IMG/VR virus record: IMGVR_UViG_3300025087_000160
Length of the DNA stretch: 41,675 nt
Source of the DNA: a virus
Strand: one strand, 5' to 3'
Below the pieces are notes generated by a model. The model was not told the DNA's origin. It ran no database searches and saw only the letters and a program-made list of their open reading frames with translations. A program made the position numbers and the translations under genes. Shown here piece after piece: positions 6,448-15,936 of the stretch; position 1 is the first letter of the stretch, and each line of letters opens with the position of its first letter.

Positions 6448-8018
6448 AATATTCGAAATCCATATTTAACGAAAAGGCAAGGAAACTTCTATTAGAAGGT
6501 GCTAGAGAAGTCTATAGGGCTGTCGGTACTACTCTGGGAAGCCGTGGTAGAAACATAGTCACTTACAAGGGATATGGACGTACGCGAGTTTTGCACGATG
6601 GGCATAAAATTGCAGAGGAGATAAATCCTAAGAATCCATTTAAAAGTGCCGGTGCCGAGATAATCAAACAGGCTGAACAGCAACAAGTTTCTGAGGTGGG
6701 TGATGGTACAACCTTAGTGATCGTACTAGCTTACGCAATAGCTTCTGAATCTCTAAAGATAGTTGAATCGGGAATCAATCCTATGTCGCTTCGGGCAGGT
6801 CTTGAAAAAGGCAGGGACTTATTAGTTAAAAGAATAAAAGAGTTATCCATTCCAATTAAAACCAAAGAGCAGAAAATCCAAGTGGCCACTATAAGCTCGG
6901 AGGATGAACAAATGGGTGAACTTATAGGCGAAACCTATGAGAAGGCCGGAGTTGACGCCGTAATCACGGCAGAGGAGATAACAGGCCCTGATACGTTCAT
7001 AGACCACCAGGAGGGCTTGCAGATAGACTCAGGCTATAAGACCGAATACTTCGTAACCAATCCAGACAATATGACTGCATCTGTTAGTAACGCAAATATT
7101 CTGGTAACCGATTACAAGTTGGATGATGCGTTTGAGATTCAGCCCCTATTTATCAAGATGAATGAGGCTAAAGAAAGAAACCTAGTTGTAATAGCCGAGG
7201 ACATAGAAGGCATGGTGCTTGTTAGTCTGATAAACAACAAGGTAACTGGTAAGGCAAATATGCTTGCGATAAAGGCTCCAGGTTTTAACACCAAAAACAT
7301 GTTGCAGGATATAGCGACTGTAGTAGGGGCGAAGTTCATATCAAGTGACGCTAAAATGAAAATTAAGGAAGTGGAACTTAAGGATTTGGGTCATGCTGAT
7401 AAAGTAGTTTCGACTAAAGAGGCAACTACTATTCGGGGAGGCAAGGGGGATTCGGCTAAAATTAAGGAAAGAATAAACTCGATCAAGAATCAATTAAATG
7501 AGGAAGAAAAGGAGTTCGATAAAGAAAAGTTAAGAGAGAGGTTGGCCAAGCTAACTGGGGGGGTTTACGTTCTCAGGGTCGGTGGACATACTGAGGTAGA
7601 AGCAGAAGAGCGTAAGGAGCGTGCAGATGATGCGATTCGTGCAACCAAGGTAGCAATTCAAGAAGGAATAATACCAGGCGGAGAGATAATATTTTTGGAA
7701 GCGATGAAAGTTCTCGAACCTACAAATGAGAGTGAAGATTACGCTTTTAGAATATTAAGGAATGCTCTTTATAAACCATTCAATAAACTGGCAGAAAATG
7801 CTGGTATGAATTCAGGTAAGTTACTAGCTGAACTTGAAAGAAAGAAATTCGGATTTGGAGTTGATGTTATAGATGGAGAAATCAAGGACATGTTAGCTTC
7901 TGGTATTGCCGATCCGGCATTAGTAGCGATCTCAGCTATACAAAACGCCATAAGTACTGCAATAGCGATAACTACGAGCGATGGAATTATTGCAGAGATT
8001 GAGGAGGAGAAAAAATGA
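6444..8018 (+). CDS. groEL: Chaperonin GroEL (Cpn60, group I)
   Basis: 524 aa. VGDGTTLVIVLA (GroEL: AGDGTTTATVLA). ERLAKLTGGVYVLRVGGHTEVEAEERKERADDAIRATKVAIQEGIIPGG closely follows the GroEL consensus. No GGM tail; ends EIEEEKK. Confidence 0.92.
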   Translation: MKYSKSIFNEKARKLLLEGAREVYRAVGTTLGSRGRNIVTYKGYGRTRVLHDGHKIAEEINPKNPFKSAGAEIIKQAEQQQVSEVGDGTTLVIVLAYAIASESLKIVESGINPMSLRAGLEKGRDLLVKRIKELSIPIKTKEQKIQVATISSEDEQMGELIGETYEKAGVDAVITAEEITGPDTFIDHQEGLQIDSGYKTEYFVTNPDNMTASVSNANILVTDYKLDDAFEIQPLFIKMNEAKERNLVVIAEDIEGMVLVSLINNKVTGKANMLAIKAPGFNTKNMLQDIATVVGAKFISSDAKMKIKEVELKDLGHADKVVSTKEATTIRGGKGDSAKIKERINSIKNQLNEEEKEFDKEKLRERLAKLTGGVYVLRVGGHTEVEAEERKERADDAIRATKVAIQEGIIPGGEIIFLEAMKVLEPTNESEDYAFRILRNALYKPFNKLAENAGMNSGKLLAELERKKFGFGVDVIDGEIKDMLASGIADPALVAISAIQNAISTAIAITTSDGIIAEIEEEKK

Positions 8019-8218
8019 AAAATATAAAACTTAAAATGTTAGATATTACTTTAGTGCCATTAGAGAATGTTTTATTTGTTTGGTTGGCTCCCTTATGTGA
8101 AGCTAACAATATTGAAAAACTAATTATCACTGAAGAACAATCTCGCTATATATTTAAAAGTGGTGAGGAAAGATGGACACATTATCGTGGTTGTTTGTTA
8201 AAAATTAAAAATGATTAA
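8015..8218 (+). CDS. Hypothetical protein (67 aa)
   Basis: ATGA-coupled to the groEL stop. Confidence 0.55.
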   Translation: MKNIKLKMLDITLVPLENVLFVWLAPLCEANNIEKLIITEEQSRYIFKSGEERWTHYRGCLLKIKND

Positions 8219-8516
8219 AAGCGACTTAAATGTTTTGAGAAATACTCGGCTACATTCACTTTTAGTTTATATTTTATCGGCTATGTTAACTAAAGATATT
8301 AAAGAATTAGATACTTTTGATAATATGCTACCAGTTATAAAAAAAGATTTAGAAAAACTTCCAGCATTGATTTGGCCTGAAAGTGAGATTATTGGAGGAT
8401 TAACTAGACAATCATATAGAATATTTAAAAAGGGTTATACCAAAGGGACTCTGAAAATTAAAGATATTGCTAGATTTAATCATGAAATGTCCGAACTGCA
8501 AAAAAAACAAAGCTGA
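8211..8516 (+). CDS. Hypothetical protein (101 aa)
   Basis: Overlapping start, co-oriented. Confidence 0.55.
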   Translation: MIKSDLNVLRNTRLHSLLVYILSAMLTKDIKELDTFDNMLPVIKKDLEKLPALIWPESEIIGGLTRQSYRIFKKGYTKGTLKIKDIARFNHEMSELQKKQS

Positions 8517-8534
8517 GATTGAGGAGGAAAAGAA

Positions 8535-8855
8535 ATGAGTATGCGAGCTACATTTACAACAGAATTTATTTATGATGGTAGCGAGAATTTTAATGTAAGA
8601 GCTAAAAAAATGGCAACGACTCTTGAAACAAAATGGAATGTTAGGAATGGAGGTATGATCGGCCAAATATCGGGAATAACAAGAGGATTGGATTTGGCGG
8701 AAGAAGATATAAGACGATGGTTATTAGAAATGTGTTATGAACTAGAGAAAATAACCATTATGCCATTTAAAATAATATGGTTATTGGAAGGTGGGGACTT
8801 GATATGCAAAGAAATAAAACCAAATGTCCAAATTGTCTCAAAAGAAAAGCAATAA
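8535..8855 (+). CDS. Hypothetical protein (106 aa)
   Basis: Strong SD. GAGATTGAGGAGGA (8515..8528) is the same 14-mer as at the groEL 3' end (7995..8008). Confidence 0.6.
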   Translation: MSMRATFTTEFIYDGSENFNVRAKKMATTLETKWNVRNGGMIGQISGITRGLDLAEEDIRRWLLEMCYELEKITIMPFKIIWLLEGGDLICKEIKPNVQIVSKEKQ

Positions 8856-9172
8856 TAGATGAAGTTTTAGGAGTAACTTTCTGTAAAGTTTGCAGACAAG
8901 AAAGAGATAAACCGCATTATGAAAGAGAATGGACTAGCGAAAACATTAAGGAAAGCCGGAGAGAATTCAAAAAAGATATTATTGCCCCTTTTAGAGGCGG
9001 TGTTTTCAGCGATGAATACTATCAGGAATACGGCACTTCGGGTGTTAAAGTCACTGAAGAGCAGATAAAAAATAAACGCAAAGTTTGGAAGGATTTGAAA
9101 GGAAGCTGGCAATTGGATAAAAGCAAAGGAGGGAGAAACAAGGAATGGAAAAAGGAAAACATAAAAAAGTAA
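8804..9172 (+). CDS. Hypothetical zinc-ribbon protein (122 aa)
   Basis: CPNC...CKVC. Start moved to the internal ATG at 8804 to limit overlap; the track start is 8777. Confidence 0.5.
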   Translation: MQRNKTKCPNCLKRKAIIDEVLGVTFCKVCRQERDKPHYEREWTSENIKESRREFKKDIIAPFRGGVFSDEYYQEYGTSGVKVTEEQIKNKRKVWKDLKGSWQLDKSKGGRNKEWKKENIKK

Positions 9173-9390
9173 AAAGGGATAAATTATGGTTTGAAGATTG
9201 GGAAATTAAAAATAACTTTAGTCAAGAAATAGAAATATCGTTACCGAACGCTTTTTATGAAGGTAAACAAATTGGCATTAATATTACTATCAAACCAAAC
9301 ATGAGTGTTAAAGAGTTCCAACTACTATATGGAATTATTAGTTCAGCTTTTAATCAAATTCAACTGGATAATGGAAATAAAAAAATCTGA
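9145..9390 (+). CDS. Hypothetical protein (81 aa)
   Basis: GGAGGGAG 8 nt upstream of the ATG. Confidence 0.55.
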   Translation: MEKGKHKKVKRDKLWFEDWEIKNNFSQEIEISLPNAFYEGKQIGINITIKPNMSVKEFQLLYGIISSAFNQIQLDNGNKKI

Positions 9391-9787
9391 AGAATTAATT
9401 AATATAGAAGCGTTGTGTGGATATATCGAAGTTGTTGTAAAAGGTAGAAAATCAGATTTATCATACTTAATAGGTAAGGAGATAGCTAGATATTTAGGCG
9501 CAGATGAAACCGGCCAGATTAATATTTGTATCAATTTTTTAGATGATGATGGAGAAATTAAGCCCATAAAAGAATTATTTAAAAAGAATGGCGGAGAAAA
9601 ACCTATGAAAATAACATTCAAAGCTAAAATACTAGCAGAGGTTAGAGATACACCGGAAAATATAAAGGGTAGAGTTTCAATTACATCTATTATGGCAAAG
9701 TTAGCGAGAGGAGAGATGGAGGTTAGCTTACCAACATTTATTGATGAACCGACAATCATATTGAAGGAGAAAAATGTTCAACGATAA
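9371..9787 (+). CDS. Hypothetical protein (138 aa)
   Basis: The track ORF is 9305..9787. The internal ATG at 9371 minimises overlap, but the start is uncertain. Confidence 0.5.
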   Translation: MEIKKSEELINIEALCGYIEVVVKGRKSDLSYLIGKEIARYLGADETGQINICINFLDDDGEIKPIKELFKKNGGEKPMKITFKAKILAEVRDTPENIKGRVSITSIMAKLARGEMEVSLPTFIDEPTIILKEKNVQR

Positions 9788-10034
9788 AGTTTACCAGTTA
9801 GTAATTAAGATACTAGACTCAAGGCTTCCGCCGCAGACGCAAGAGGAAATCGTAAGGTTCTTTTTGCTTCCGCGCAATACCCCAATTCGTCCAATGATAG
9901 AATTGCCGGACGAAGAAGTAATGAGAAGCCTCGGCTCAATTAAAAGGCCAACCATAACCGATATTAAAAAGAAAGAGAATCCTAATTATGAGGAGGATGA
10001 GACAATAAATAAAATATACAGAAATGAAAAATGA
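9774..10034 (+). CDS. Hypothetical protein (86 aa)
   Basis: GGAG SD upstream. Confidence 0.55.
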   Translation: MFNDKVYQLVIKILDSRLPPQTQEEIVRFFLLPRNTPIRPMIELPDEEVMRSLGSIKRPTITDIKKKENPNYEEDETINKIYRNEK

Positions 10035-11059
10035 GCATACTAGATAAACTGCAACCGAACCCCAAGAACCCACGCCTTATCAAAAAAAATGAGTTTGAAC
10101 GCTTAAAGAAAAAGATCAAAGAGTTTCCAGAGATGCTCGAAAAAAGGCCGATCATATACGATGAAAATAATATTGTATTGGGTGGCAATCAAAGGCTGAG
10201 AGTGCTACAAGAGCTGACGAGAGATGGATTTGTAATAAAGGATGAATACTTTAAAAGCGCCGAAGGATGGACAGAAGAGCAAAAACGTAAATTCATTATA
10301 TTGGATAATATTTCAGACGGTGAATGGGACGCTGAAATGCTGGGCAATGAATGGAGCGATTTACCTTTAGATGAATGGGGATTAGTTGGTAAGTGGAATC
10401 AAGAGATAGAAGAGTTTAGAGGTGATCCTATAACTGATATTAAGAATATAAAAATACTCAATTTATATGCAGGGATTGGTGGTAATCGTAAATTATGGGG
10501 AGATTTGAAAATAACTGCTATCGAATATAATCAAGATATTGCGAATATCTATAAGGATTATTTCCCTGAAGATGAATTAATAGTAACTGATGCTCATAAA
10601 TATTTAGAAAAGAACTTTGATAGGTTTGATTTTATTTGGTCAAGCCCACCTTGTCCGACACATAGCTTATTGAGAAAAGGATTATCTATAGCAGCAGGAG
10701 CTAAGCCTAAATACCCAGATATGAAGTTATATGAGGAGATATTATTTTTACAAGGTTATTTTAAAGGTAAGTGGGTAGTAGAGAATGTTAGAAGCTGGTA
10801 TGACCCACTTATAATTCCACAAGAAAGAGGGAGACATTATTACTGGACTAATTTTGATATTCCTGAGTCAGATATTTTCAATGTTAAAGAGGTTGGCTCT
10901 CCTGAAGAACCTAATTATAGTGAATCTAGTAATAAGTATGGATTCAATTTAGATAAGTATAAAATATCCCCTAAGTATCCAAAGGACCAAATATTAAGAA
11001 ATATGGTTCATCCAGAAGCGGGTAAATATATATTAGAATATGCTTATGATAAAAGATAA
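10031..11059 (+). CDS. ParB/Srx-like N-terminal domain fused to a DNA cytosine-5 methyltransferase core
   Basis: N-terminus: NPKNPR...GGNQRL (ParB-like). C-terminus: LNLYAGIGG (motif I), AIEYN..IYKDYFP (II), SSPPCPTHS (IV, PC dipeptide), VVENV (VI), QERGRHYYWTNF (VIII), LRNMVHPEAGKYI (X-like). Confidence 0.75.
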   Translation: MSILDKLQPNPKNPRLIKKNEFERLKKKIKEFPEMLEKRPIIYDENNIVLGGNQRLRVLQELTRDGFVIKDEYFKSAEGWTEEQKRKFIILDNISDGEWDAEMLGNEWSDLPLDEWGLVGKWNQEIEEFRGDPITDIKNIKILNLYAGIGGNRKLWGDLKITAIEYNQDIANIYKDYFPEDELIVTDAHKYLEKNFDRFDFIWSSPPCPTHSLLRKGLSIAAGAKPKYPDMKLYEEILFLQGYFKGKWVVENVRSWYDPLIIPQERGRHYYWTNFDIPESDIFNVKEVGSPEEPNYSESSNKYGFNLDKYKISPKYPKDQILRNMVHPEAGKYILEYAYDKR

Positions 11060-11432
11060 TATCGCTGATAAACAACTAGATAACAGTAAGAGAGTTCGAG
11101 GGAGACCTTTTCCAAAAGGAGTATCTGGTAATCCTAAAGGAAGACCCCCTAATGAAAGCACACTTCGTTATTGGTTGATTCAATATTTAGAAGCAAAAGA
11201 GCACGGCCACGATAAAAACAGGATGCAAGAGTTAGCTGAAAAGATAGCTCTTGAGGCGTTTAAAGGAGATAAACTTTTATTGAAAGAAGTATTTGACAGA
11301 GTTGATGGCAAGGCCCCTGAAACAATCAGACACGAAGGCGAGATAGATACCGGCATAAAAGAACTATCTGAAACTTTATTGGGTATAATAAGGCATGGGC
11401 AAGATAACCCAAGGCCAGATAAAAGCGATTAA
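11040..11432 (+). CDS. Putative terminase small subunit
   Basis: Directly upstream of and overlapping terL. Has the GRPFPKGVSGNPKGRPP motif common in small proteins preceding large terminases. Confidence 0.45.
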   Translation: MLMIKDNIADKQLDNSKRVRGRPFPKGVSGNPKGRPPNESTLRYWLIQYLEAKEHGHDKNRMQELAEKIALEAFKGDKLLLKEVFDRVDGKAPETIRHEGEIDTGIKELSETLLGIIRHGQDNPRPDKSD

Positions 11433-12765
11433 AGAATTAGGTAGGACATTCTTCAAGAACTCCAAACAGCAACCTTTTGAATTTACCGACGGACAATGTG
11501 AGATGTTTTGTTCCGTGATTAACCCCGACCTTAAATGGGTATGGTTGTCAGCACCTACAAGGTATGGCAAAAGTGATACCTTAGCTTTAGCGATACTCAC
11601 CCTCGCATTTATGTACCATTTAAAGGTTCCCATTGTTGCAGGAAGCGAAGAGAAGGCGAGGAAGATCATGGAGTACGTACTTCAGCACATTTCAGATCAT
11701 CCCAAGATTTATGATGGACTTTTAAACATAGAATTTATTAAAAAGGCCGAGAGAGTGAAGATTCAAATGAGTAAGCAAGGCCTGAGATGGTCAACTGGCG
11801 GATGGATTTACATAACCTCGGTTGACGCACGGACGGTAAGCAGAGAAGGTGAGGGTGTAGTTGGTGAGGGTGGAGATGTAGTTGTTTTAGAGGAGGCGGG
11901 TCTTATACGTCAGCAGGAACAGTTCTCCAAGGTAGTCAGGATGGTCGAGGGTGATTGGGGTAAACTGATTATGAGCGGTAATTGTATAGAGAAAAGCGTA
12001 TTTGAAACCGCCTACAAAGATCCTCTTTATTACAAAGTTAGAATAAGTTTAGAACAGGCTATCAAAGAAGGTAGAATAAATGAGGAGCGGTTAAAAGAGC
12101 AAAAGCCCCAGACTACTTCTAAGGACTGGAAAAGATATTATTTGGTAGAATTTCCTTCAGCTTCAGAATATGCCTATTTCAAACCAAGAAAATATGAATA
12201 TCTACCCCTAGACTTGGTTTATGTTGGTGCGGTTGATTTGTCTTTGGGCGAGGCGATAAAAGGAAGCAAAGTGGGTATGGTTGTACTGGGAGTTGACGAG
12301 AAGGGACAAGTATACGAGGTTGAGAGTTTTGAGGAGCAGGTCGTACCGGATGAAACCATTAGAAGGATTTTAAACTTGCCTTATAAGTTCGATAGGTTCG
12401 GCATCGAGGCAATACAATTCCAAAAGTATTTCTTAAAAGTAATCGAGGACAAAAGCAAGGCGCAAGGCAAGTATATACCGTTTATAGGATTGGAGCAGAA
12501 AAGAAAAAAAGAGGAGAGAATCGAGGGCATGGAGCCTCTGATAAATACCGGCCAGATATTATTTAAAGGAGGAAATGAGTTGTGGAATGAAATGCAGGAA
12601 TATCCTGATGTAGAGTATTTAGATATTCTGGATGCACTTGAGATGGCTTGGAGACTGGCCAAGCAAGTGGGAGTAGAACTTGGAAGTATTTCGAGACCAA
12701 AAGCTAAACCTTACATTCCGGTAAGTGCCGCCCATTTGATAGATTTGTCAAAATGGACGAAATAG
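11395..12765 (+). CDS. terL: Terminase large subunit
   Basis: Walker A-like APTRYGKS, Walker B-like VVVLEEAG, RNaseH-like nuclease half (VGAVDLSLG ... ILDALEMA). 456 aa. Confidence 0.85.
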   Translation: MGKITQGQIKAIKELGRTFFKNSKQQPFEFTDGQCEMFCSVINPDLKWVWLSAPTRYGKSDTLALAILTLAFMYHLKVPIVAGSEEKARKIMEYVLQHISDHPKIYDGLLNIEFIKKAERVKIQMSKQGLRWSTGGWIYITSVDARTVSREGEGVVGEGGDVVVLEEAGLIRQQEQFSKVVRMVEGDWGKLIMSGNCIEKSVFETAYKDPLYYKVRISLEQAIKEGRINEERLKEQKPQTTSKDWKRYYLVEFPSASEYAYFKPRKYEYLPLDLVYVGAVDLSLGEAIKGSKVGMVVLGVDEKGQVYEVESFEEQVVPDETIRRILNLPYKFDRFGIEAIQFQKYFLKVIEDKSKAQGKYIPFIGLEQKRKKEERIEGMEPLINTGQILFKGGNELWNEMQEYPDVEYLDILDALEMAWRLAKQVGVELGSISRPKAKPYIPVSAAHLIDLSKWTK

Positions 12766-12771
12766 TATAAT
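12766..12771 (+). promoter_or_regulatory. -10 hexamer TATAAT, 5 nt before the ATG at 12777
   Basis: TATAAT-gagta-ATG, no SD. Confidence 0.45.
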
Positions 12772-12776
12772 GAGTA

Positions 12777-13052
12777 ATGAGCAAGTCAGCTCCAAGCATT
12801 AGGAAACCTACGACAGTATGGCTAGAAGGTAGCTCTGAGAAAAAGATGTGGTTTTGTCCAAATTGTAGAATTCCTTTAATAGAGTACGAAGGTAATGTAA
12901 TTCAGATAGTACCAGGCGGATCTCCTTATTCTCCAAGCACGTCACTCAAATGCAAGGGTTCGGTCCAGAAGCGTGACGGCACTTGGGAGGAGTGCGGAGC
13001 GTTCTATACTTTCTTAGGGGTGGTGTTCACCAAGAATCCACAAATGACTTAG
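12777..13052 (+). CDS. Hypothetical zinc-ribbon protein (91 aa)
   Basis: CPNC...C..(x)..C. Confidence 0.55.
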   Translation: MSKSAPSIRKPTTVWLEGSSEKKMWFCPNCRIPLIEYEGNVIQIVPGGSPYSPSTSLKCKGSVQKRDGTWEECGAFYTFLGVVFTKNPQMT

Positions 13053-13056
13053 TAGT

Positions 13057-13064
13057 TGTATAAT
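13057..13064 (+). promoter_or_regulatory. TG + TATAAT, 5 nt before the portal ATG
   Basis: TTGTATAAT-aaatt-ATG, no SD. Confidence 0.5.
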
Positions 13065-13069
13065 AAATT

Positions 13070-15040
13070 ATGGAAGATCAAGAAAAAGGACAGGAATCGG
13101 CCCCGATATTAAACCTCGACTTAGATGACAAAAAGCTAGCTTTCTTCATCGAGCAGTACGAGAAAAAGTATGATGGGTTCGATAAAAACAAAAAACTTAC
13201 AGAGAGAAGAAAAACCAATACAAAGTATTTATTCGGCAAACAACTTGATGATGTCGAGCTTAAAGACTACCAGAAGAAGTACGTAGACAACGTAATCAAG
13301 GAAGGCGAAGATACTTTAAGGACTCTGGTGCTTTCAAGACTTCCAGACATCATAGTTAATCCTGGCCCCGATTCGCAAGTTTCACGGGAAGTGTCAGACC
13401 TGATAAGTGAGGCCGTAAATAAGACTCTTCAAAGCGATGAACTTAAGCAATTTCTTACTTTGGCTTTCAGGCGGCACTCACTGGATTTAACGGGAGTAAT
13501 CAAGTATTACTGGAATTCCCAAAAAGGCAAACTAGGCGATATCGAATGGGAAGTCATACCCGCCAAGTACATAAAGATAGACATTTCCGCAACCAAAAAC
13601 AATGAAAGGTATATGAAGTTGATTATCCATGAAGTTGAGAGATGTTTGTACGACTGGATAATTTTATTCCCAGAGAAAGAGGATCAGCTAAAAGACTTTG
13701 CAAGGCAGAAGAATTGGCAAGAAGCAAAGGACGAGGATGGTATAGCGTTTGATTTAAAAGTTCAAGAGATTTGGTTTGACTGGAAAGAGAAAGCAGATGG
13801 CTTCGACCCAGAGAATCCAGAGTTTGAATCTATGAGCGGTGTTTTGTGGAAGGCCGGTGAGGGCGAGAAAAGCATCCTTGATAAAAGAATGAATCCTAAC
13901 TGGGACTGGGAAGGCGAGGACAAGCCATTTTTCAACGAAAAGCCCGTATCGGATGAGATGTTGCCCCAGATGGCGATGATGGGCATGCAGGTACCAGGCG
14001 TTGAAATGAAGAAGGTCTATAGGAACTACTTCGGCAAGCCCAGAAAACCATTTATATTCATGGGTTATGAGCAATATGGCGAGATGGCTTTTGATGAAAT
14101 CTCAAGAATAGAGGAAAACAAATTACTTCAGGACAACTACGATATTAGGGGAATGCAAATAACTACAATGATTGACGAGGCTAGGGGTAAGCACGTATTT
14201 TCGTCTATGTGCGGGCTCAAAAAAGAAACGGTTGAGGAGATGGATTTAAGTGACCCTGACCAGGATATATTTGTGGATGGAGACTTAAGAATGGTTCACG
14301 CATTCATCTCAAAAGAACAACCAAGTAGTGCAATGTTCGGGGATCTTGCAAGAACAAAAGAAAGAGTTAAGGAAAAACTGCACATAAGCGGTGCCGCAAG
14401 TGGGGTGTTGACAAGCGATGTCGCAACTACCACGCAAATTCAAAGAGAGTCGAGTTTCACGATTGCCGATGACTTCTCGGATCTAGCTATAAACAAAGTA
14501 GCAACCGAGATGGCCGAGGCGCTCTTGCACATGATGAAGCTGAGATATACTCCCCAGCACTTCCAACTATTGATAGGTTCTCAAGGCGCCGAAGTCCAAC
14601 AAAGGTTGACCGCTGACTTGATAGAGGATGGGATGGAGGTAGGGATCAAGGCTTCGGGGACTGATAAACTTAAAAGAGAAAGACAGGCAAAAGAAGAAGC
14701 AAGTTTGGGATTGATAGACCCTATAAATTACTTCATCGACACTGGTAGAAGCGATGCAGAGAATAGAGCCGAGATGCTTTATATGTTCCAGACGAATCCC
14801 GATATGTATATTAAGAAATATTCTCAAAAAATGGATTTGCAGGGTGTGGCAAATCAGGTAATAGGCATGAATCAGCAAAACTTAATGAGGTTTGGCAATC
14901 CTCAAGGGCCCTACCAACCTCAGCAACCAATGCAACCATCCCCACAGAACCCCCAAGCGATTGGGGAAACACCGCAAGGCTCACCAAGAAGTCTTATAGG
15001 TAGAGCGACTGGTGTTATTAGTAGACTGTTTAATAGATAA
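13070..15040 (+). CDS. Putative portal protein
   Basis: 656 aa, first large ORF after terL. Has a Q/P-rich C-terminal tail. Called from position and size only. Confidence 0.6.
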   Translation: MEDQEKGQESAPILNLDLDDKKLAFFIEQYEKKYDGFDKNKKLTERRKTNTKYLFGKQLDDVELKDYQKKYVDNVIKEGEDTLRTLVLSRLPDIIVNPGPDSQVSREVSDLISEAVNKTLQSDELKQFLTLAFRRHSLDLTGVIKYYWNSQKGKLGDIEWEVIPAKYIKIDISATKNNERYMKLIIHEVERCLYDWIILFPEKEDQLKDFARQKNWQEAKDEDGIAFDLKVQEIWFDWKEKADGFDPENPEFESMSGVLWKAGEGEKSILDKRMNPNWDWEGEDKPFFNEKPVSDEMLPQMAMMGMQVPGVEMKKVYRNYFGKPRKPFIFMGYEQYGEMAFDEISRIEENKLLQDNYDIRGMQITTMIDEARGKHVFSSMCGLKKETVEEMDLSDPDQDIFVDGDLRMVHAFISKEQPSSAMFGDLARTKERVKEKLHISGAASGVLTSDVATTTQIQRESSFTIADDFSDLAINKVATEMAEALLHMMKLRYTPQHFQLLIGSQGAEVQQRLTADLIEDGMEVGIKASGTDKLKRERQAKEEASLGLIDPINYFIDTGRSDAENRAEMLYMFQTNPDMYIKKYSQKMDLQGVANQVIGMNQQNLMRFGNPQGPYQPQQPMQPSPQNPQAIGETPQGSPRSLIGRATGVISRLFNR

Positions 15041-15042
15041 AA

Positions 15043-15687
15043 ATGGATGATAAACTTAGAGCAATCATCAGAGCGACTGGAGAAATACCATCTTTTCTTG
15101 GTGATGTAGCACAGTCAATTGCTTCTTTAATTAAACCAAGGGAAACCAAGTTATTAAGTCCTATTCCCGAAGCAAAACCCACACCGACTCCTGACCCCTT
15201 TATTGAAAAGGGTTGGATAAAGACTGGTGAGAATAAATATATATCCCTGGCGGCTCTTCAAGCAAGGAGAGAGGTAGAAGGAATACAAAACAAACCAGTA
15301 CCAATTTCCAAGGTTACTTCCAATAATCCTTTTGAGAAAGTTATTAATAACATTTTCGGAGAAAGGGCCAATGAAGCAAAAAGAGTATTAAGTTATAAAG
15401 ATGAAAAAGGCGAAATTCATGGTGAAAATACATCTTTTCAAACTGGTCCCGAAGTTGACATTCCCAATGCCGATGGCTCTATTGACAGGGGATTATTTAG
15501 AATCAACTCCTATACTTTTGCCGATTTTATGAATAGGAAAAAGGAACTTCTTAATAGAAACGGCATTTATTTATATGAGGATATGTATGATCCTGAGAAG
15601 AATACCAAAATGGCAAAGATTATTTTTGACGAGCAAGGATGGGATGCTTGGTACGCTAGTCCTCCTGACTTGAAGGAGAAGCAATAA
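15043..15687 (+). CDS. Virion-module lysozyme-like / lytic transglycosylase protein
   Basis: IDRGLFRINSYTF and GWDAWYA parallel VDYGVAQINS / SPWSAF in ORF 1761..2348 and the lysozyme DYGIFQINS motif. Starts 2 nt after the portal stop. Confidence 0.55.
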   Translation: MDDKLRAIIRATGEIPSFLGDVAQSIASLIKPRETKLLSPIPEAKPTPTPDPFIEKGWIKTGENKYISLAALQARREVEGIQNKPVPISKVTSNNPFEKVINNIFGERANEAKRVLSYKDEKGEIHGENTSFQTGPEVDIPNADGSIDRGLFRINSYTFADFMNRKKELLNRNGIYLYEDMYDPEKNTKMAKIIFDEQGWDAWYASPPDLKEKQ

Positions 15688-15739
15688 TATTATGATATTT
15701 TTGCTGTGCTCTTTCGTTAAGACTAGAGATTGATGGAAG

Positions 15740-15748
15740 TGCTATACT
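15740..15748 (+). promoter_or_regulatory. Extended -10 TGcTATACT, 5 nt before the ATG at 15754
   Basis: TGCTATACT-aaatt-ATG, no SD. Confidence 0.5.
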
Positions 15749-15753
15749 AAATT

Positions 15754-15936
15754 ATGCCCTTACCAGTAAGCACAGACAAAGGAAAAGTGATGGATGTTAT
15801 TAAAGAGCATCATCCGTCATGGCCTAAAGATAAAAAGATGGCAGTAATGTTGAATCAGGCACGCAGAGCAGGTGCTAAAATTCCAAGGAATCCACATGAC
15901 GAAGCAATGAAAGCAGTTAAAAGAGCAACTGCATGA
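15754..15936 (+). CDS. Hypothetical protein (60 aa)
   Basis: Track ORF. Its TGA stop forms the TG of the next extended -10. Confidence 0.55.
   Translation: MPLPVSTDKGKVMDVIKEHHPSWPKDKKMAVMLNQARRAGAKIPRNPHDEAMKAVKRATA

Noticed and set aside
7995-8528. 14-nt repeat GAGATTGAGGAGGA at the groEL 3' end (7995..8008) and before ORF 8535 (8515..8528).
   Set aside because: It is short and largely a strong SD sequence. It is probably convergent RBS sequence rather than a mobile or regulatory repeat. It is noted only in the feature evidence.
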